Part shown: in pieces, positions 24,500 through 37,804 of the stretch
How positions within the stretch are numbered: the stretch's first letter is position 1
How the letters are laid out: every line of letters starts with the position of its first letter
Source: Guillardia theta CCMP2712
Lineage: Eukaryota; Protista; Cryptophyta
Direction of reading: 5' to 3'
DNA length: 64,000 nucleotides
NCBI RefSeq assembly: GCF_000315625.1
Contig: NW_005434659.1
Coordinates: forward strand, 495,142-559,141
Translations under genes and position numbers: made by a program
The notes under the pieces: generated by a model
What the model was told of the DNA's origin: nothing
The model's input: the letters and a program-made list of their open reading frames with translations, nothing else
Database searches by the model: none

Positions 24500-27400
24500 A
24501 TGGCGACGCAAACGGAATGTCTTGTCCCTGCGCAGCCGCAATGGCAGGACATGCCAGCGGGCGAGAAGCCTTCCTTCCAGAAGTACCGCCTTGAGGTCTA
24601 CCTCCGCTCCTCCCTCCTCCCTCTCCTCCCTCCCCGCATCCTCCTCTTACCCATCCCCATCTACCCATTGGCGCAGTAGGTTCCCTGTACTGTGGGAGGG
24701 GATGGCTGTGGCAGCGCTGACTTGAAGCTCGTCAGATGTTCGAGAAGATCAAGGCCAAGCGTGAGGCTGAGAAGGGAAATCTTCCCAACGACCCCATCAA
24801 GGTCACCCTGCCTGACGGGAATGTCAAGGAGGGGGTCAAGAACAAGACCACCCCCTTCGATATCGCCATGGAGATCTCCAAGGGCCTTGCGAACAATGCC
24901 GTCGTTGCGAAGGTCAATGGCAAGACCTGGGATCTTCATCGCCCCTTGGAAGGTTCGCTCTCCTCCCCTGCTCCCTCCTCCATGCTGAGTTGCCGCAAGG
25001 CGACGCTGAGCTCGAGCTCTGCAAGTTCGACAGTCCTGAGGGACGAGAGACCTTCTGGCACTCCAGGTGAATCTCATGCTCGACTGCGTGTCTGCTCCTG
25101 TTCCTGCATCTGGTTGCGTGACCCTCTCTGTCTCGTGAGTGCTAGACTGTCGCCTCTTACCCATCTCTACAGCGCTCACGTCCTCGGCCTTGCTCTTGAA
25201 AACAGGTTCGGCGCACACCTGTGTGTCGGGCCCGCCATTGATGATGGCTTCTACTACGACGTGTACGCGGGTGAGGGGCACGTCTGCTCTCCTGCCGTCA
25301 TGCCGCTGACCGCGTCGCAGGCGGGAACACCATCTCTCCCAGTGACAAGGAGGACATCGAGAAGTATGTAGATGAGGTGCCAGTGGTGCGTCATGATGGG
25401 TGGGGGGTGACGTTTCTGCGCAGGTGGTGAAGGGCAAGCATCCCTTTGAAAGAGTCGAGATGTCCAAGGACGAAGCACTGGAGATGTTCAAGTACAATGA
25501 CTTCAAGATCGACGTGCTCAAGAGAAAAGTCAGCCTCTTCCTGCGTGTTTCGTGTGCTAAGCCTTGCCATCGCAGGTTCCTGATGGCGCCATGTGCACTG
25601 CTTACCGCTGTGGTGACTTGATTGATCTCTGCCGTGGTCCACATGTAGGGTTCGGGCATCCAAAGAAACAGCGGCTGACCATGTGGCAGCTTCCGGATAC
25701 TGGAAGAGTGAAGGCTTTTGCTGTGATGAAGAACTCTTCCGCGTAAATCTCACAAGAGATGGAGTGACATTCGTTCTGATCCATCGTCCTAGTTACTGGC
25801 AAGGACAAGCAAGCAACCACACGCTTCAGCGTGTTTACGGTGTGTCATTTCCAGACAGCAAAGAGCTGAAGCAGCACTTGTAAGAACACGGGTGCCATGT
25901 GTCATGCTACGCCTGCTGACGGGATCGGGTCATCAGGTTCCGACTGGAGGAGGCAAAGAAGCGAGATCACCGCAATGTGGGTCCCCACCAGGAGTTGTTC
26001 TTCTTTCACGAGCTCAGGTCTAGCTCCCCATTCGCTCCACCAAGGTTTTGACGTTTCTTGTTCAGCCCTGGAAGCGCTTTCTGGCTTCCGCATGGAGCAA
26101 GGATCTACAACAAATTGGTTGACTTCATTCGGTCGGAATACTTCAAGCGTGGCTACCAAGTCATCCTTCTGATCCCGACTTGAATGTCAAAGCTCACGCT
26201 TGGCTGCAGGAAGTCATCACCCCGAATGTTTACAACTTGAAGCTGTGGGAGATCTCGGGCCATGCGGCACATTACAAGGAGAACATGTTCATCTTCAATG
26301 TCGAGGGCCAGGAGTTCGGCATGAAGCCGATGAACTGCCCTGGCCATTGCCTCATGTTTTGTAAGCACATGAGTTGAACCCAGTCGATGAGGCCTGACCT
26401 GCCGTTCGTTAGCCATGCGTCAACGATCGTTCCGTGAGCTGCCATGGCGTGTTGCCGATTTTGGAGTAAGTTTGATGCACATCTCATCACCTCAACTTAG
26501 AGTTGTCTCAGGTGCTTCACCGCAATGAGCTCAGCGGTGCACTCTCTGGATTGACTCGCGTGCGTCGTTTTCAGCAGGTTTGAAACGCGACCAAGTGACT
26601 TTCAGTCAGTCACCCTGCGCCCCTTAGGATGATGCGCACATCTTCTGCAAACCTGAGGATGTTCAGGGTGAGATTGAGGACATGCTCAAGTTTATCGACT
26701 TCGTGTATGGTAAGTTGAAAACAGCTTGCCATAATTGCCTCCACTGTTGTCGGCCAAGGTTGATGGTTTGGTTTGCCTTGTTCAGGCAAGTTCGGACTGC
26801 AGTATGAGATGTTCTTGTCTACAAGGCCGCAGAAGTTCATCGGAGAGGTCGCTATGTGGGATGAGGCAGAGAAGCAGGTCAGGATGCAAGTTCGCCATCA
26901 GTTCGCCGTGGTGCTGATCTGCATGGTAGCTTGCCGCTGCTTTGAACAACACCGGCAAGGCATGGAAGGAGAACCCAGAGGTCAGCAAGGCTCAGAGTGA
27001 AGGCACTCGACTTGACGGCAGATCAGGATGGAGCCTTCTACGGTCCCAAGATTGACATCAACGTGTTTGACGCTCTGGGCCGCAAGCATCAGTGCGCGAC
27101 TATCCAGGTAAGACGAACAAGCGCGACATCGGGACTCTGAGCATGGCTACTCCAGCTCGACTTCCAGCTGCCCATCCGATTCGGCTTGAAGTATGTGACG
27201 TCTGCTGGTGCCGACGGAGGAGACAAGGAGGAGAGGCCCATCATCGTTCACAGGGCAATCCTGGTGAGAGCTTTCATCGTCGCCCTGACCAGCGAGTGAT
27301 GGGCGTGTAGGGATCGGTGGAGAGGTTCACTGCTATCCTCATCGAGCACTTGGCTGGAAAGTGGCCTTTTTGGCTCTCTCCCCGCCAGGTTCAGGACTGT

Positions 27401-27882
27401 GAGGAGTTAGAGGTGATGATGTGGCGTGTCGGCAGGTTGCGATCGTTCCTGTCTCCCAGGATCACTTCGCGTACGCCTACGAAGTGCAGCAAGTGTTGAT
27501 GAAGGAGGGCTACTACGTCGACGTGGATGATTCCTCCAAGACGTTGCAGAAGAAGATCCGCGAGAACCAGCTCGCTCAGGTGAAGCTGCCGAAACCCTGC
27601 AGCTCCATGTGCTCAAGTTGGCTCTGCAGTACAACTACATCCTCGTCGTCGGCAAGGAGGAGATCGAGTCCAAGACGGTCAACGTTCGTACCCGAGATAA
27701 CGTTGTGCACGGTAAAAGACACCAGCGATCTACCTCCTCCCCAGCGATCTACCTCCTCCCCCTCACCCTCACCCTCCTCCTCCCCCTCCTTTCTCTCCTT
27801 CTCCTTGACGTCTGAACCAGGTACCAAGAGTATCCCGCAGCTGCTGGCCGAGCTCCGACAGAATGTCGTGGAATTCAAGTGA
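24500..27882 (+). CDS. TARS: Cytosolic threonyl-tRNA synthetase
   Basis: TGS domain (IKVTLPDG...TTPFDIA), editing domain (FWHSSAHVLG, DLCRGPH), catalytic motifs [49 protein letters not shown], and anticodon-binding domain. More than 20 short introns. Confidence 0.97.
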
Positions 27883-27967
27883 AGGGGTGGGGATGTTGAC
27901 GAGTCTCCTCTTGCCTCCACCGCCGAATGTTGATAAACGGGGCTCGAGGGTCGAACTTTCAACTTCT

Positions 27968-29069
27968 TTACTTTCCGGGCTCAAAGTCAGGGTCGTCGGA
28001 GTCGCTGTCCGGCAGCTCGTCATCCAGCGTCTGGAACAGCGACTCGTCGATCCCTGCACCCTCGTCCTCGTCCTCGTCGTCGAACTCCTGCGGCAACGAC
28101 CTTTACCAACTTGCACACCACATGCTCTCCAGCAGCTGACCTCCTCGTCCTCCTCGTCCTCCTCGTCCTCTGGGAACTCCTGGACGGCCAGTCACTGAGA
28201 TGGAGGAGAGCAGCAGGATTTACCTCGTCTTCGAACAAGGTCGCGTCGTTGAAGCTGCAGCAAAACTTGAGAACGAGCGAGCACGAGGAGGTGAAACTCG
28301 TACCCAACATCCGTGTCCATGTACAAAGATGCATCTCGTTCGAACAGCTGCCGACCTGGCACGCTGTCATACTCTCCCTCCTCTTCCTCCCCGTTACTCT
28401 CCACTCCCTTCCCATCTCCCTCCTCTCGTTCCTCTCCTCCTTCGTCCTGACGCTCCATACCTGTTGGTCTCAGCAGCTTCTCCTTCAACCCAGCCGTGAT
28501 GTCCTTCCTGCATGTTTGTCAACTGTCTCCTCCACTCGCTTCCTCCCTTGCCGTTGCGCTTCGATATCAGCCTCGAACTTCGCTCTCCAAGCAAAGAAAT
28601 TGTCGGGGTTCACCTGCATCCTCGTCATGATCCTCTTGTCCCTCTCCTTCTCCCCTCCCTTCCCCTTCCCTTCTCAAAACCACACCCCGTCCCCTCCCCC
28701 TGCTCCCCCCGTGTGGTAGCTACCGGCGTGACCCCGACCACCCCCTTCAGAATGCCGCTCTGAATGCTCGTCAGGCTCTCTATGACACGAAACCAGACCC
28801 TTGCCTTGTTGCGCTTCTTGCTCTCGTCCTCCTCCTCCTCCTCCTCATATGCGCCCCAATCCTGCGCTGCACAGTGAGACAGTGGCCTGAAGAAGAGCAG
28901 CAGGAGGTGGAAACAGGTGCAGCAGCAGCAGCAGTAGGAGCAGTAGGAAGGGGAACAGGAGGATGAACCTGAGCGGCACTCAAATTGTTTGACTCGAGCC
29001 ACTCCTTGGCAGCCGTTACGAGGTTGAAAACCATCGCCTGCATGGTGATGAGAAAGAAGCACGACGTGG

Positions 29070-29104
<35 letters not shown>

Positions 29105-30130
29105 GACAAGGACAAGCATGGCAGGAACATCTGGAGAATCTTACGCATCCCAAGAGGTTCTGAGCCTCAGCATCTAGATGTTGCTGCAGCACCAGTCACG
29201 CTGCTTCCTCGACAGCAGTATGAGCAACTTGCCTTGAGCGCAGCCGCATGCTTGGGGAGGATGTGAGAGTAGCGTACTTCGATCTCTGGAGCCTCTTCGG
29301 GGTACCTGACGGAGCAATGAGTGACGTTTCCTCGTCCTCACTGAGGGAGCAAGTACAAAGTAGGAGCACAAGTATGATGAGAAGACAAGAAGGTGAAGGT
29401 GAGGGTGAGGAAGTGGAAGATGGAGGAAGAGACGAAGGAGAAGAAGGATATGAAGGAGGAGGAGGAAGAAGAGGAGGAGAGTCTCTTCAGGCTCATACTT
29501 TTCAGGGAACGTGATCTCAAGTCGAACAGGCTGAGCCGAGTTGCCTTCCCTTTCTTGCGCTGCTTCTGGATCGACAGCTACTCGAAACTGATGCACAGGG
29601 TGAGGAGATGGAAGCACGTTCATCAAGGAAAAGGCAGGGTGATCAAGACGAGCACCGAAACTGGGACGGGGACGGGGACGGGGACGGGGACGAGGTCGGG
29701 GGAAGAAGAATCAATACAAGGGTTCGGAGAGGAAGGAAAGAGTCTGCTAACCTTGTAGGGTGCGCCTTGTGACAGCATGTCGAAGAAACTGATCGAAGAA
29801 CCATGGTGAGCTCGCAAGATTCGGGAAGGATGCATCTCTCTCTCGACATAACAGTACAATTGACCTTGCACGTCATCTACGATTGTGATCTTCCCCTAAC
29901 GCTAATTTAATGCACCCTCCTCGTCCTCCTCGCAAGGATTTCCCTCTTGGATTGTCGGGTGCAAAAAATCCTCTTGATTATTCAACCATAGCAAACGTGC
30001 GGTCTTTCTGCGTCATCCTCATCTCATCTTGTCCCTTCTCTGCATCATATCTCCTCCTCTCCTCCTCTCACCCGCAGTAGATCGACTCCAGCGCCTCCAC
30101 CTCGTCCGCCTGCTCCGTCGCATGCTCCAT
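27968..30130 (-). CDS. RWDD1: RWD domain protein, RWDD1/Gir2 (DRG family regulatory protein 2)-like
   Basis: MEHATEQADEVEALESIY; LEITFPEK-YPEEAPEI; MVFNLVTAAKEWL; VNPDNFFAWRAKFEA; GRQLFERD; acidic tail IDESLFQ. Confidence 0.88.
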
Positions 30131-30378
30131 TGGCTCGTTTGGCGTCCACCACCCCTACCTCTGGACCAAGTAAGTAGAGAACTACCCACGATATCTTACA
30201 AATTTCAATTGTTTTTCTGTAATTATAAAATATTTTCTGATAATCCTGAAATATTTGAAAACAAACTCATATTTGGATTACCCCTACCCCCAACACCCCA
30301 CCCCACCCCACACACCACCCCTGATGTATCCGAATAAGTATCCGTGACAGTATCCGGGGCAGGCAGCGGCTGCCAACC

Positions 30379-30759
30379 ATGAAGGTGCGGGCGGCGGTGA
30401 AGAAGATGTGCGAGCACTGCAAGGCGGTCAGGAGGCGAGGAAAAGTCTACATCGTGTGCTCAGCCAACAAGAAGCACAAGCAGCGCCAGAGGTTCCACAC
30501 CCTTGCTCCCTCTGCGCTCTCCCACGAGGAGGCGGATATCTCTTTGTCCTCCATGGCGCCTGGATCAGCGTCAGCCATGCTCTCTGATCCCTCGCCCCTG
30601 TCGACTTCCCTGTCAATGCACTGGCTCAGCCAAGCAGTGAACATGTGGGGCTCCAACATCTCGCGGGCTGAGGTGACTGGAGTCTCTGAAACTAGTGGAA
30701 ACGTTCTCCTCAGAAAAGACGTTCAGTCGCTCATCTACCTGCCCTCGAGCAAGCACTGA
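30379..30759 (+). CDS. rpl36: Ribosomal protein bL36 with C-terminal extension (probably mitochondrial)
   Basis: [37 protein letters not shown] is a C2-C-H zinc-ribbon bL36, followed by ~90 extra residues. Confidence 0.92.
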   Translation: MKVRAAVKKMCEHCKAVRRRGKVYIVCSANKKHKQRQRFHTLAPSALSHEEADISLSSMAPGSASAMLSDPSPLSTSLSMHWLSQAVNMWGSNISRAEVTGVSETSGNVLLRKDVQSLIYLPSSKH

Positions 30760-30988
30760 GCTGACAGGTGGGGAGAGAATCCTCCCATGCCTTTGCGTCT
30801 CAACTAGACTGTGTGGACAGATTAAGCAGGTGGGAATACCAGGTGGATGATCTTGTTACGACAGACCGATAGCATGTTTTAATAAAATTCACGCTGTGTG
30901 GCTAAATGCTATGAACTTTTTTCTGTGATGTAACACAAAATTCTTGCTAATCGTGCGATGTAGTCAAGATCTTCCCCTGTCATGACGA

Positions 30989-32713
30989 TCACAACCCGGC
31001 CATCAAAAAAGTCATGCGTGCATCACCGTTCAACTTGGCGATGGCCTTCTTGACGTTGCCCAGGAAATTCAGCAGCTCCGGGCTCCTCGGCTGCTTGTGG
31101 AAAGAGCCGTCTCTGTGTCTTCGAAACTTCTTGAGGAGTTCCGCAGCAACGCTGTGCATGCTGTCAACCAACAAGCCAACACACTCTTGGACAACTCACA
31201 TGCTCCCCTCCCGCACTACATGCATCTTACCCCGTTGGCTGTCCGCAGGCAAACATCTGCAGCAATAAAGCATCAGGAAGAAGCAAGAGAGGAGGGAAGA
31301 GGAGGGGAGGGAGAGAGGAAGGAGAGGAGGAGGAGGAGGAGGAGGAGGAGGAGTCACTCACTTATACTGTGAGTAGACGTACTGAAACAATTTGCCGGTT
31401 GATTGTGAGAAGTTGTGAGCCTTCATCGCGTCCGACTCGAAGGTGAGGTACTCAACATACTCAACGGCTGCCTCGAAGTAAGCCTCCAACCGCCCCTTGA
31501 GATCATCGCTCCTCCCCTTCTCGTCCCCTTGCTTTTTCCTTCGCTCGGCACCCTGGAGCTTCGCCTCCCACTCCGCGCTTGTCTTCTCTGAGAGCTCATC
31601 GTGCACGCGGTGGTCGTCTTCTATCGACAGGCTCGTTCTCGATCTCTTGCTTTCGGCCGACTCGTACTCGCCGCTCCTCTTCCTCGACTGATAAGCTCCG
31701 TCCCCCTGCGCCTCCGCATGCTCCACCTCGTCGGAGTTCTCGTCGAATATCCTTGGAGAGATCGGAGAGAGTAGAGAGGGTCGCATCTCGTTCAGCTCCA
31801 CCACGATCTTGACGATGTTCTCTGCTGTTGGCGCTGCGTCTTTCTGCATGGCCAGGAAATTCTTTGAGAACATCATCCAGTGTCTCTCCCGCGTGTACTC
31901 GTGCTTGTTGGAGTTGTGCGAGCCTCCGTCCTTGGTGACGTGCGGGACAGCTAGATCTGGTTCGCTCACCTTCGCCAGCCTGATGTCCTTGAAGTCCCGA
32001 CAGCCTTCAATCTTCAACAACCCGGCATATGTTTGAATGGGTTTTATCGGACCACAATGCAAGTATTGCTCGAGGATCCTCTTTCTGATATCCGGTTCTT
32101 GAGGCAGGAAGTCTCTCGTTGCGCTCCTTTGCAGCCAGTGACCTCGTAATCTCTCCATGATGGGATCCACGTTATCCATGGAGGTAAATTGTGACACAGT
32201 GAGCATGGTGTCGCAAGCCTTACAAATACAATCGATGAAGACTTTCTTGTAGACAATGTGCAGTTTCTGGTGGGAAAATGGTCGCCAGATGTTCAAAATC
32301 CAATTGCCCGTGTCACTTTAAAGCATTTGCACAAGGAGGTAGTCAAATGACGGCCAGATTGAACGTGCTACCTTTTGACGCGTAAAACAGCCTAAATGCC
32401 CAGAGCAGCGTCTCAGAAGCAGGATCTTGTGCCTTTAGGTAGCCAAAAACGATTCTTATGATGAAAAAAACTGAAGGAACTCCTATCTCCGACAAACACT
32501 GACACAAATGAACTTCATAGTCTGGCCTTCATTCCTCCAGGGTTGGCGGCGATTCTGGACAAATAAGTGTCAAGCGTCTGGAAGTCAAGGAGGAGGGGGG
32601 AGCCATTAGGAAGAGATGTTCGAAAGGATGATAGTCGTCAATCAAGACAGTAGTTTACCTTCTCCTCCCAACCTCGTCCTCGCACTGCTCACCATCACTA
32701 CCGCAGCCGCCAT
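30989..32713 (-). CDS. Hypothetical nuclear protein with C-terminal AFF4-CHD/THD-like helical domain (5' exons uncertain)
   Basis: 312-aa core ORF plus two spliced 3' exons. NLS-like SRKRS...SKRSR. The C-terminal pattern resembles the AF4/FMR2 C-terminal homology domain. Confidence 0.6.
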
Positions 32714-33734
32714 ATCCAAGGCCTGGGCGCACCGTTTTAAAAGTCTTTAAAAGTTACCCCCCTCAAATAAAAATCAAAGTTTTATATTTCAGTACCAGAG
32801 ATCTCGCTATTTGTGAGACAAGATCAACCTGGAGCAAGATATAATATGGTATATAAATTGAGCTCGGTTTTTAAGTTCATGAAGAAACCTGTACAAAGAA
32901 CAAGGCATTGTTGTGGAGAATATCAGGGATCTGTAAAACCCTTATAGAAATAAAAGAGTATTGAGCGAAGAGATCTGTACGCCGGTCGAACACCTGCTGA
33001 CGACTAAATATATATATATGGTAGCAAAATATGTTTTTGGTACCTGCGAAAAAGAATAAAAAACCAACATCTAAAACTCACTTTTAAAAGGGCTGATGGG
33101 AGAAGAAGAGGCTGTTACGAGTCCTAGGAAGACTACCCCACCCCCTCTGCCATCGGAATTTAAAAAGACCCCACCATCCAAAAGCTGGTCAAAGTACCCG
33201 GTGATTTTGTGTAAAGTCAGAGGGAGGGGGTGGGTAGTAGGTCTGGAGGGTAAAAGCCGTCGGAGAGCAACTATCAGTACTCATCGGTCAGTGATGATGA
33301 TCATCGGACTCGGGCCGGGAGGAGGCCCGAGCCGGTGCTCGCCCGGTGACACAATCCGATGCTGCTCACTCACTGGGCTGGTCCGACTCTGCGGCACGCA
33401 CTCGGAGGCTCCGAGCAGTCGGCGGCCCGGCCCGGCGCCGCAGCTGCCAGTGAGCAGCCGGCGGCGGGCGGCGGCCGGGCGGCCAGGGCCGGCAGTGGCC
33501 AGTGACCGTCGGAAGAAGAAGTTCAATCAAAAATCAAGTTGCCAGTGATGACTTAGTGACGATGATGATTGTGACAGTAAGAAGGACTGAGGAAGACGGG
33601 GAGAGAGAGACGGGGAGAAGGAACTTAGAGTCAGAGTCATCGGACAGGGCTCTTGGCCAATCGTGACGGCGACGAGTAGCGATAGCGCGACACGAAAAAA
33701 GCTTGTGTGCGACTCTCAGCTCTGCTCATATCAC

Positions 33735-36700
33735 TTAGCACGCAAACTTCCTCCGTCCTCCCGCGTACCTTCGAGTTGTCGCCCTCATGCAGGCAAGTGC
33801 AGCGCCGACGAGGCTCTGGGGAGGGTCAGCGGGGCCCAGTAGCCTGAAGGCACAAGGGAGGACCTGCGAGGACCGGGTCGACTTCTCGGACGTAGCGACA
33901 GGCTTGAAGCTGCCGGGGGAGCAAGGGTCACTGAGCAGAGGGACTGAGTCGCGGGCCTCGCACCTGGTGGCAGAGCTATGAGACAGGTAGCGGTGCCCCT
34001 CGTACAAGCTCGACTGCTCCACGTCATCGGGAGGCCACGAGACGCGGCCGCGGCTTCTCGAGGCAGGGAGGAGGGAGTGAGAGCTGAGCCGGCTCTTGCC
34101 TTGGTATGACCCCTTCCTCGACATGAGCTCTGACCGGAGGCTGCCACACCGTCACAACCACCGCACAAGCAACCGCACAGCCCTGCCTCGTCTCGAATCG
34201 TTTGCTCGCAGGAGACAGGTTCGCGCTGGGCCCTCCAGACTCTTTGAGGGCCGGGGCCTTGCTTGGAAGAGGAGAGAAGGAGGAGGAGGAGAACTGGAGC
34301 TGACTCTTCTGGTTGTCTGCATCGCCGTGAGAGTTCTGCCATCCGAGGACGTTGGTCGAGTCGCACGTCATCACGTCCCCACAGTTGCAGCACTGCGACG
34401 CAGCAGTCGCGTCAGACACGCTGCTCGTCCCCGTCCCCCCTCTCGCCCTCACCTGGATGATGGGAAACGATCCAAACTCGAGCGACAATGTTCCCCACAC
34501 GCGTTTCATGTCCGTCAGGCTGGACAAGATCCTGGGCGGGAGCTCGACTGCCGATTCGCCATCCTGAAAGCCAGCAGGTGACCAAGAGCACAGCAAGTGC
34601 AGTCAAAGGTACCACGAAGAGAGAACGAATGTCCGCGAACTGAATGCCCCACATCATGGTCGACCCGTGATAAAACTTCCCTGAGACTGAACTTTTCCTG
34701 CGCTCACTCACAAACAGCTTTCAAGCAATCATGCAAGTAGCACTTTGGCGCAGCCGAGCGGCTGCTCGCTTGAGACTTTTGGAGGCTGCCGCAAGTCTCG
34801 ATCTCGAGGGAGCATATCAGGTCCGTCGCTTCACGGATAAGTCAGGACTGCTCAAGTCAGGTTTGATCGAAGGAACCTTGGTCCCTCTGGATGTGATAGC
34901 TCCCGTAGTAGTTCGCTCCAAACAACAGTCTGCTCGTTGACTCTCTTTCCAACACCTCCTGCAACACCCAACAGCCTCACAAGCTCTGTCCCTCCCTCTC
35001 AATCCCTCTCACCGTCGCCAGGCAGAAAGTACCATCCTCCTTGAGCGTGAGGGACAGGGAAGCCGTGAAGGACTGACCGCTAGGTGGTGAAGAAGTCTTG
35101 GTGCGATCTGCAACGTACAACTTCCACATCAGCTTCACTGGAAGCCAGCAGGGGGGGTGGACCTTGTCGACTTTCTTTGGAGCGCCATGTACATTCCGAG
35201 CTGAACCTCACCTGCGGCTCTAGTCAGGAGTGATGCAGCCGAATCTTCCAAGAGACCATCGAGGGAGTGCGATCGACGACCAGCTCCTCGTCGTTCAACA
35301 GCCAGAGGTTGTTCCCGTCTGCTGCAGCGACATCATCGCCGTCACGAGCAGCGAGCGAGTTGGTGGAGAGGTTGTCGGGGCTCTGACTTCCGATCGAATC
35401 TCTGGGGCCATCAGTCAGTCGTTCTTGCCAGGCGCTCACAGACTTGACCTCGACTGCCCATTGAGCGCGTGAAAGGCAGGATGTGACAATAAAGATCGCC
35501 TATGGCATGCCGTGAGTCTGTAAGAGATCGCCGTGGCTGCGCCACGAACCTGCTGCTGTGTGAGGAGTTGGAAGACGAGTTGGAAGACGAGTTGGAAGAA
35601 TTGTTCTGTGAGGAAACGCTCTCCCCCCTCTTGTTCTCTGACTCGTTGCACATGTCTGCATTGTCATCTTTGATTTCCGGAAGGGCTCGATTGTTTGGAG
35701 TGTGAATGGCCGGGGCGCAAATCGGCGACAAGGTTTCTAATCCATCGCAGAATCTTGAGAGAAAGTCAGGGCAGAGCGCCCAGCAACCTTGTTCACCGAC
35801 CTGACCCTCGATCCTGGGCACACAAACCTCGGGCCGCTGCGACCTTTGAGGCAAGAAGCTGGAAATCTTTGAGCGTGTATGGTTAACAAGAATCACAGGG
35901 AGGACCTGGAGTAGCGGGAGTAGACGGAGCCACCTCTTGATGCTCTGAAACCAACGTCAGCACTTGTCGAGCGAGCTGTGTCGACTAGTCACCAGTGGCC
36001 CGTGGGCTCTCTGCAATGACTGAGTCTTGCGTTATGGACGGCCATTCAATCTTCTTCTGCTCGTTGTACTACATGAGGGCGGAGGGAAAGAGGCAGCCCA
36101 CGGACTCACCGAGCGAGGGGACTCGAGGCAGAAAGACTCGTTCTCGTGAATCTCCTTGTTCACAGTGTTGTCGTTGGGACTTGGGTCCTCTTGGCTCATG
36201 GCCGACTGGACAGGCGGTCAGTCATGTTCAACAGCACCAACACGTCATCACAGGAGCTACTGGAGTCAGATTGATGCTGATGGAAGTCTGACTCAGGAAG
36301 TTTGATCTGTGGGACCTGGTGAGAGTGAAAGGTGAACTACAAGTGCGAGCAGAAACCAGAGGCACCTGGGTCCGAGAGAGAGGTCGCCTGCTAGGCTCTC
36401 AGCCTGTGAAGCTTCTCGGAGGTGCTGGAGCTCACACTCAACGGGAGCAAGACAAGCGAGAGGGGAGGGTACGTTGGTTTGCATCGCACAGAAGAGATCA
36501 GCCATGCAAGGAGAGCCTGAGAGATTGGAGGCGTTGGAACCAAGAGGTGTGCACTCAAGGAAGGAAGGCTTCACGGGAGTTCCTTCCAAGCATGGGAAGA
36601 TTCCTCCTGCACGGCATCATCAGCGTGAGAAAAACTTGATAGCTGAGCAAGGGACCTTTCGAAGGTTGCTCGGGAGATTTGAGGTCTGTGATCCACGACT

Positions 36701-37016
36701 CAGGAAACTCTGGGTCTTCCTCTTCTTCTGAGGTGAAGGTCACGTTCTCGTCTTCCCGGAAGCTGTCGGGGTGAATGAGAGACTGCATGCCGATCGTCAA
36801 GTCCATGACAGTCTGAACTTCAGACTCCGAGGGGTCCTCCTTCTCAGACGCATCTTCCGCTGACGCCCCTTCCCTCTTCTCTGGGTGGTATGCCAGAGCC
36901 TCGTCGAGCGGTGGGAATGCAATTCTGTCATTCGCCTTGAACGGATTCCTGCGTTTGTTGTTGGGGTTTGAATTCTCCTCCGACGGTGCAGGAACATCAG
37001 TATGACCCCCTCGCAT
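33735..37016 (-). CDS. Multi-exon hypothetical protein(s); exon structure unresolved
   Basis: Chain of minus-strand protein-like ORFs with acidic/Ser-rich N-terminus (NNKRRNPF...) and intron-like spacers. No domain recognised. Confidence 0.35.
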
Positions 37017-37552
37017 CCTTGCTTTCTCGGCTGCTTTCCTTTCTCGCCTTCTCACATCACCCGTGAAAGCTGATGATTGTAACAAGATTTCAGTCAACAA
37101 CAGCAAACAAGGAGGTCAAACCAAGCAAAGGAGAAGCATGTGAGGCATCATGTGTTACGGATCCATGGAATCGTGATTCGATGAAACGTACAACAAACAA
37201 GACTGGAATGTACTATTTATCTACCAGACGGAATCATACAGGACGATTAGTGAAAAATTGAAACAAAATGAGCAAGTTAGAATGAGAAACTGAACAATAT
37301 ACAATGTACAGAAAAGGCAGGGAAAACAGAGAAATCAGTGGAGCTGAGATGATTTGGTGATATTAGCGGAGGAGGAAAGGCAACATGTAGTTTCGAAAGA
37401 AGCCCCAAATGAACGAGTGAACTTGCATGGATATGAAGTAGTTGAAATGAAGGGATGAGAGGGAAAACAGGGAAAAGGGAGAGGAAAGTCATCGGTAAAC
37501 AGATACGATGGGGGGGCAGGAATGAATATGGTGTGAATTTAAGAAGATCTAT

Positions 37553-37652
37553 CAGCAGAACAGCAGAGCAGCAGGAGCAGCAGGAGCAGCAGCAGCAGCA
37601 GCAGCAGGAGCAGCAGCAGCAGGAACAGGAGCAGCAGCAGCAGCAGCAGGAG
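37553..37652 (+). repeat. CAG/GAG trinucleotide repeat tract
   Basis: Imperfect (CAG)n run upstream of the 37805 gene. Confidence 0.9.
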
Positions 37653-37804
37653 CTCCTGTGTTGTTCACGCATGGACGGGCACGGGGGCGGGCAGGGTTCA
37701 GAGGCGGGTCAAGCTCTGAGCCACTAGCTGGAAGGCGTGGCTTATTTTCCGTTACAAACATGGAACCACATTTTGTAACGGTTTTTGGTGGTGAACCCGT
37801 AGGG

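Noticed and set aside
37277-37727. Poly-Cys/poly-Gln ORFs
   Set aside because: Products of a CAG tract in a probable non-coding or UTR region.
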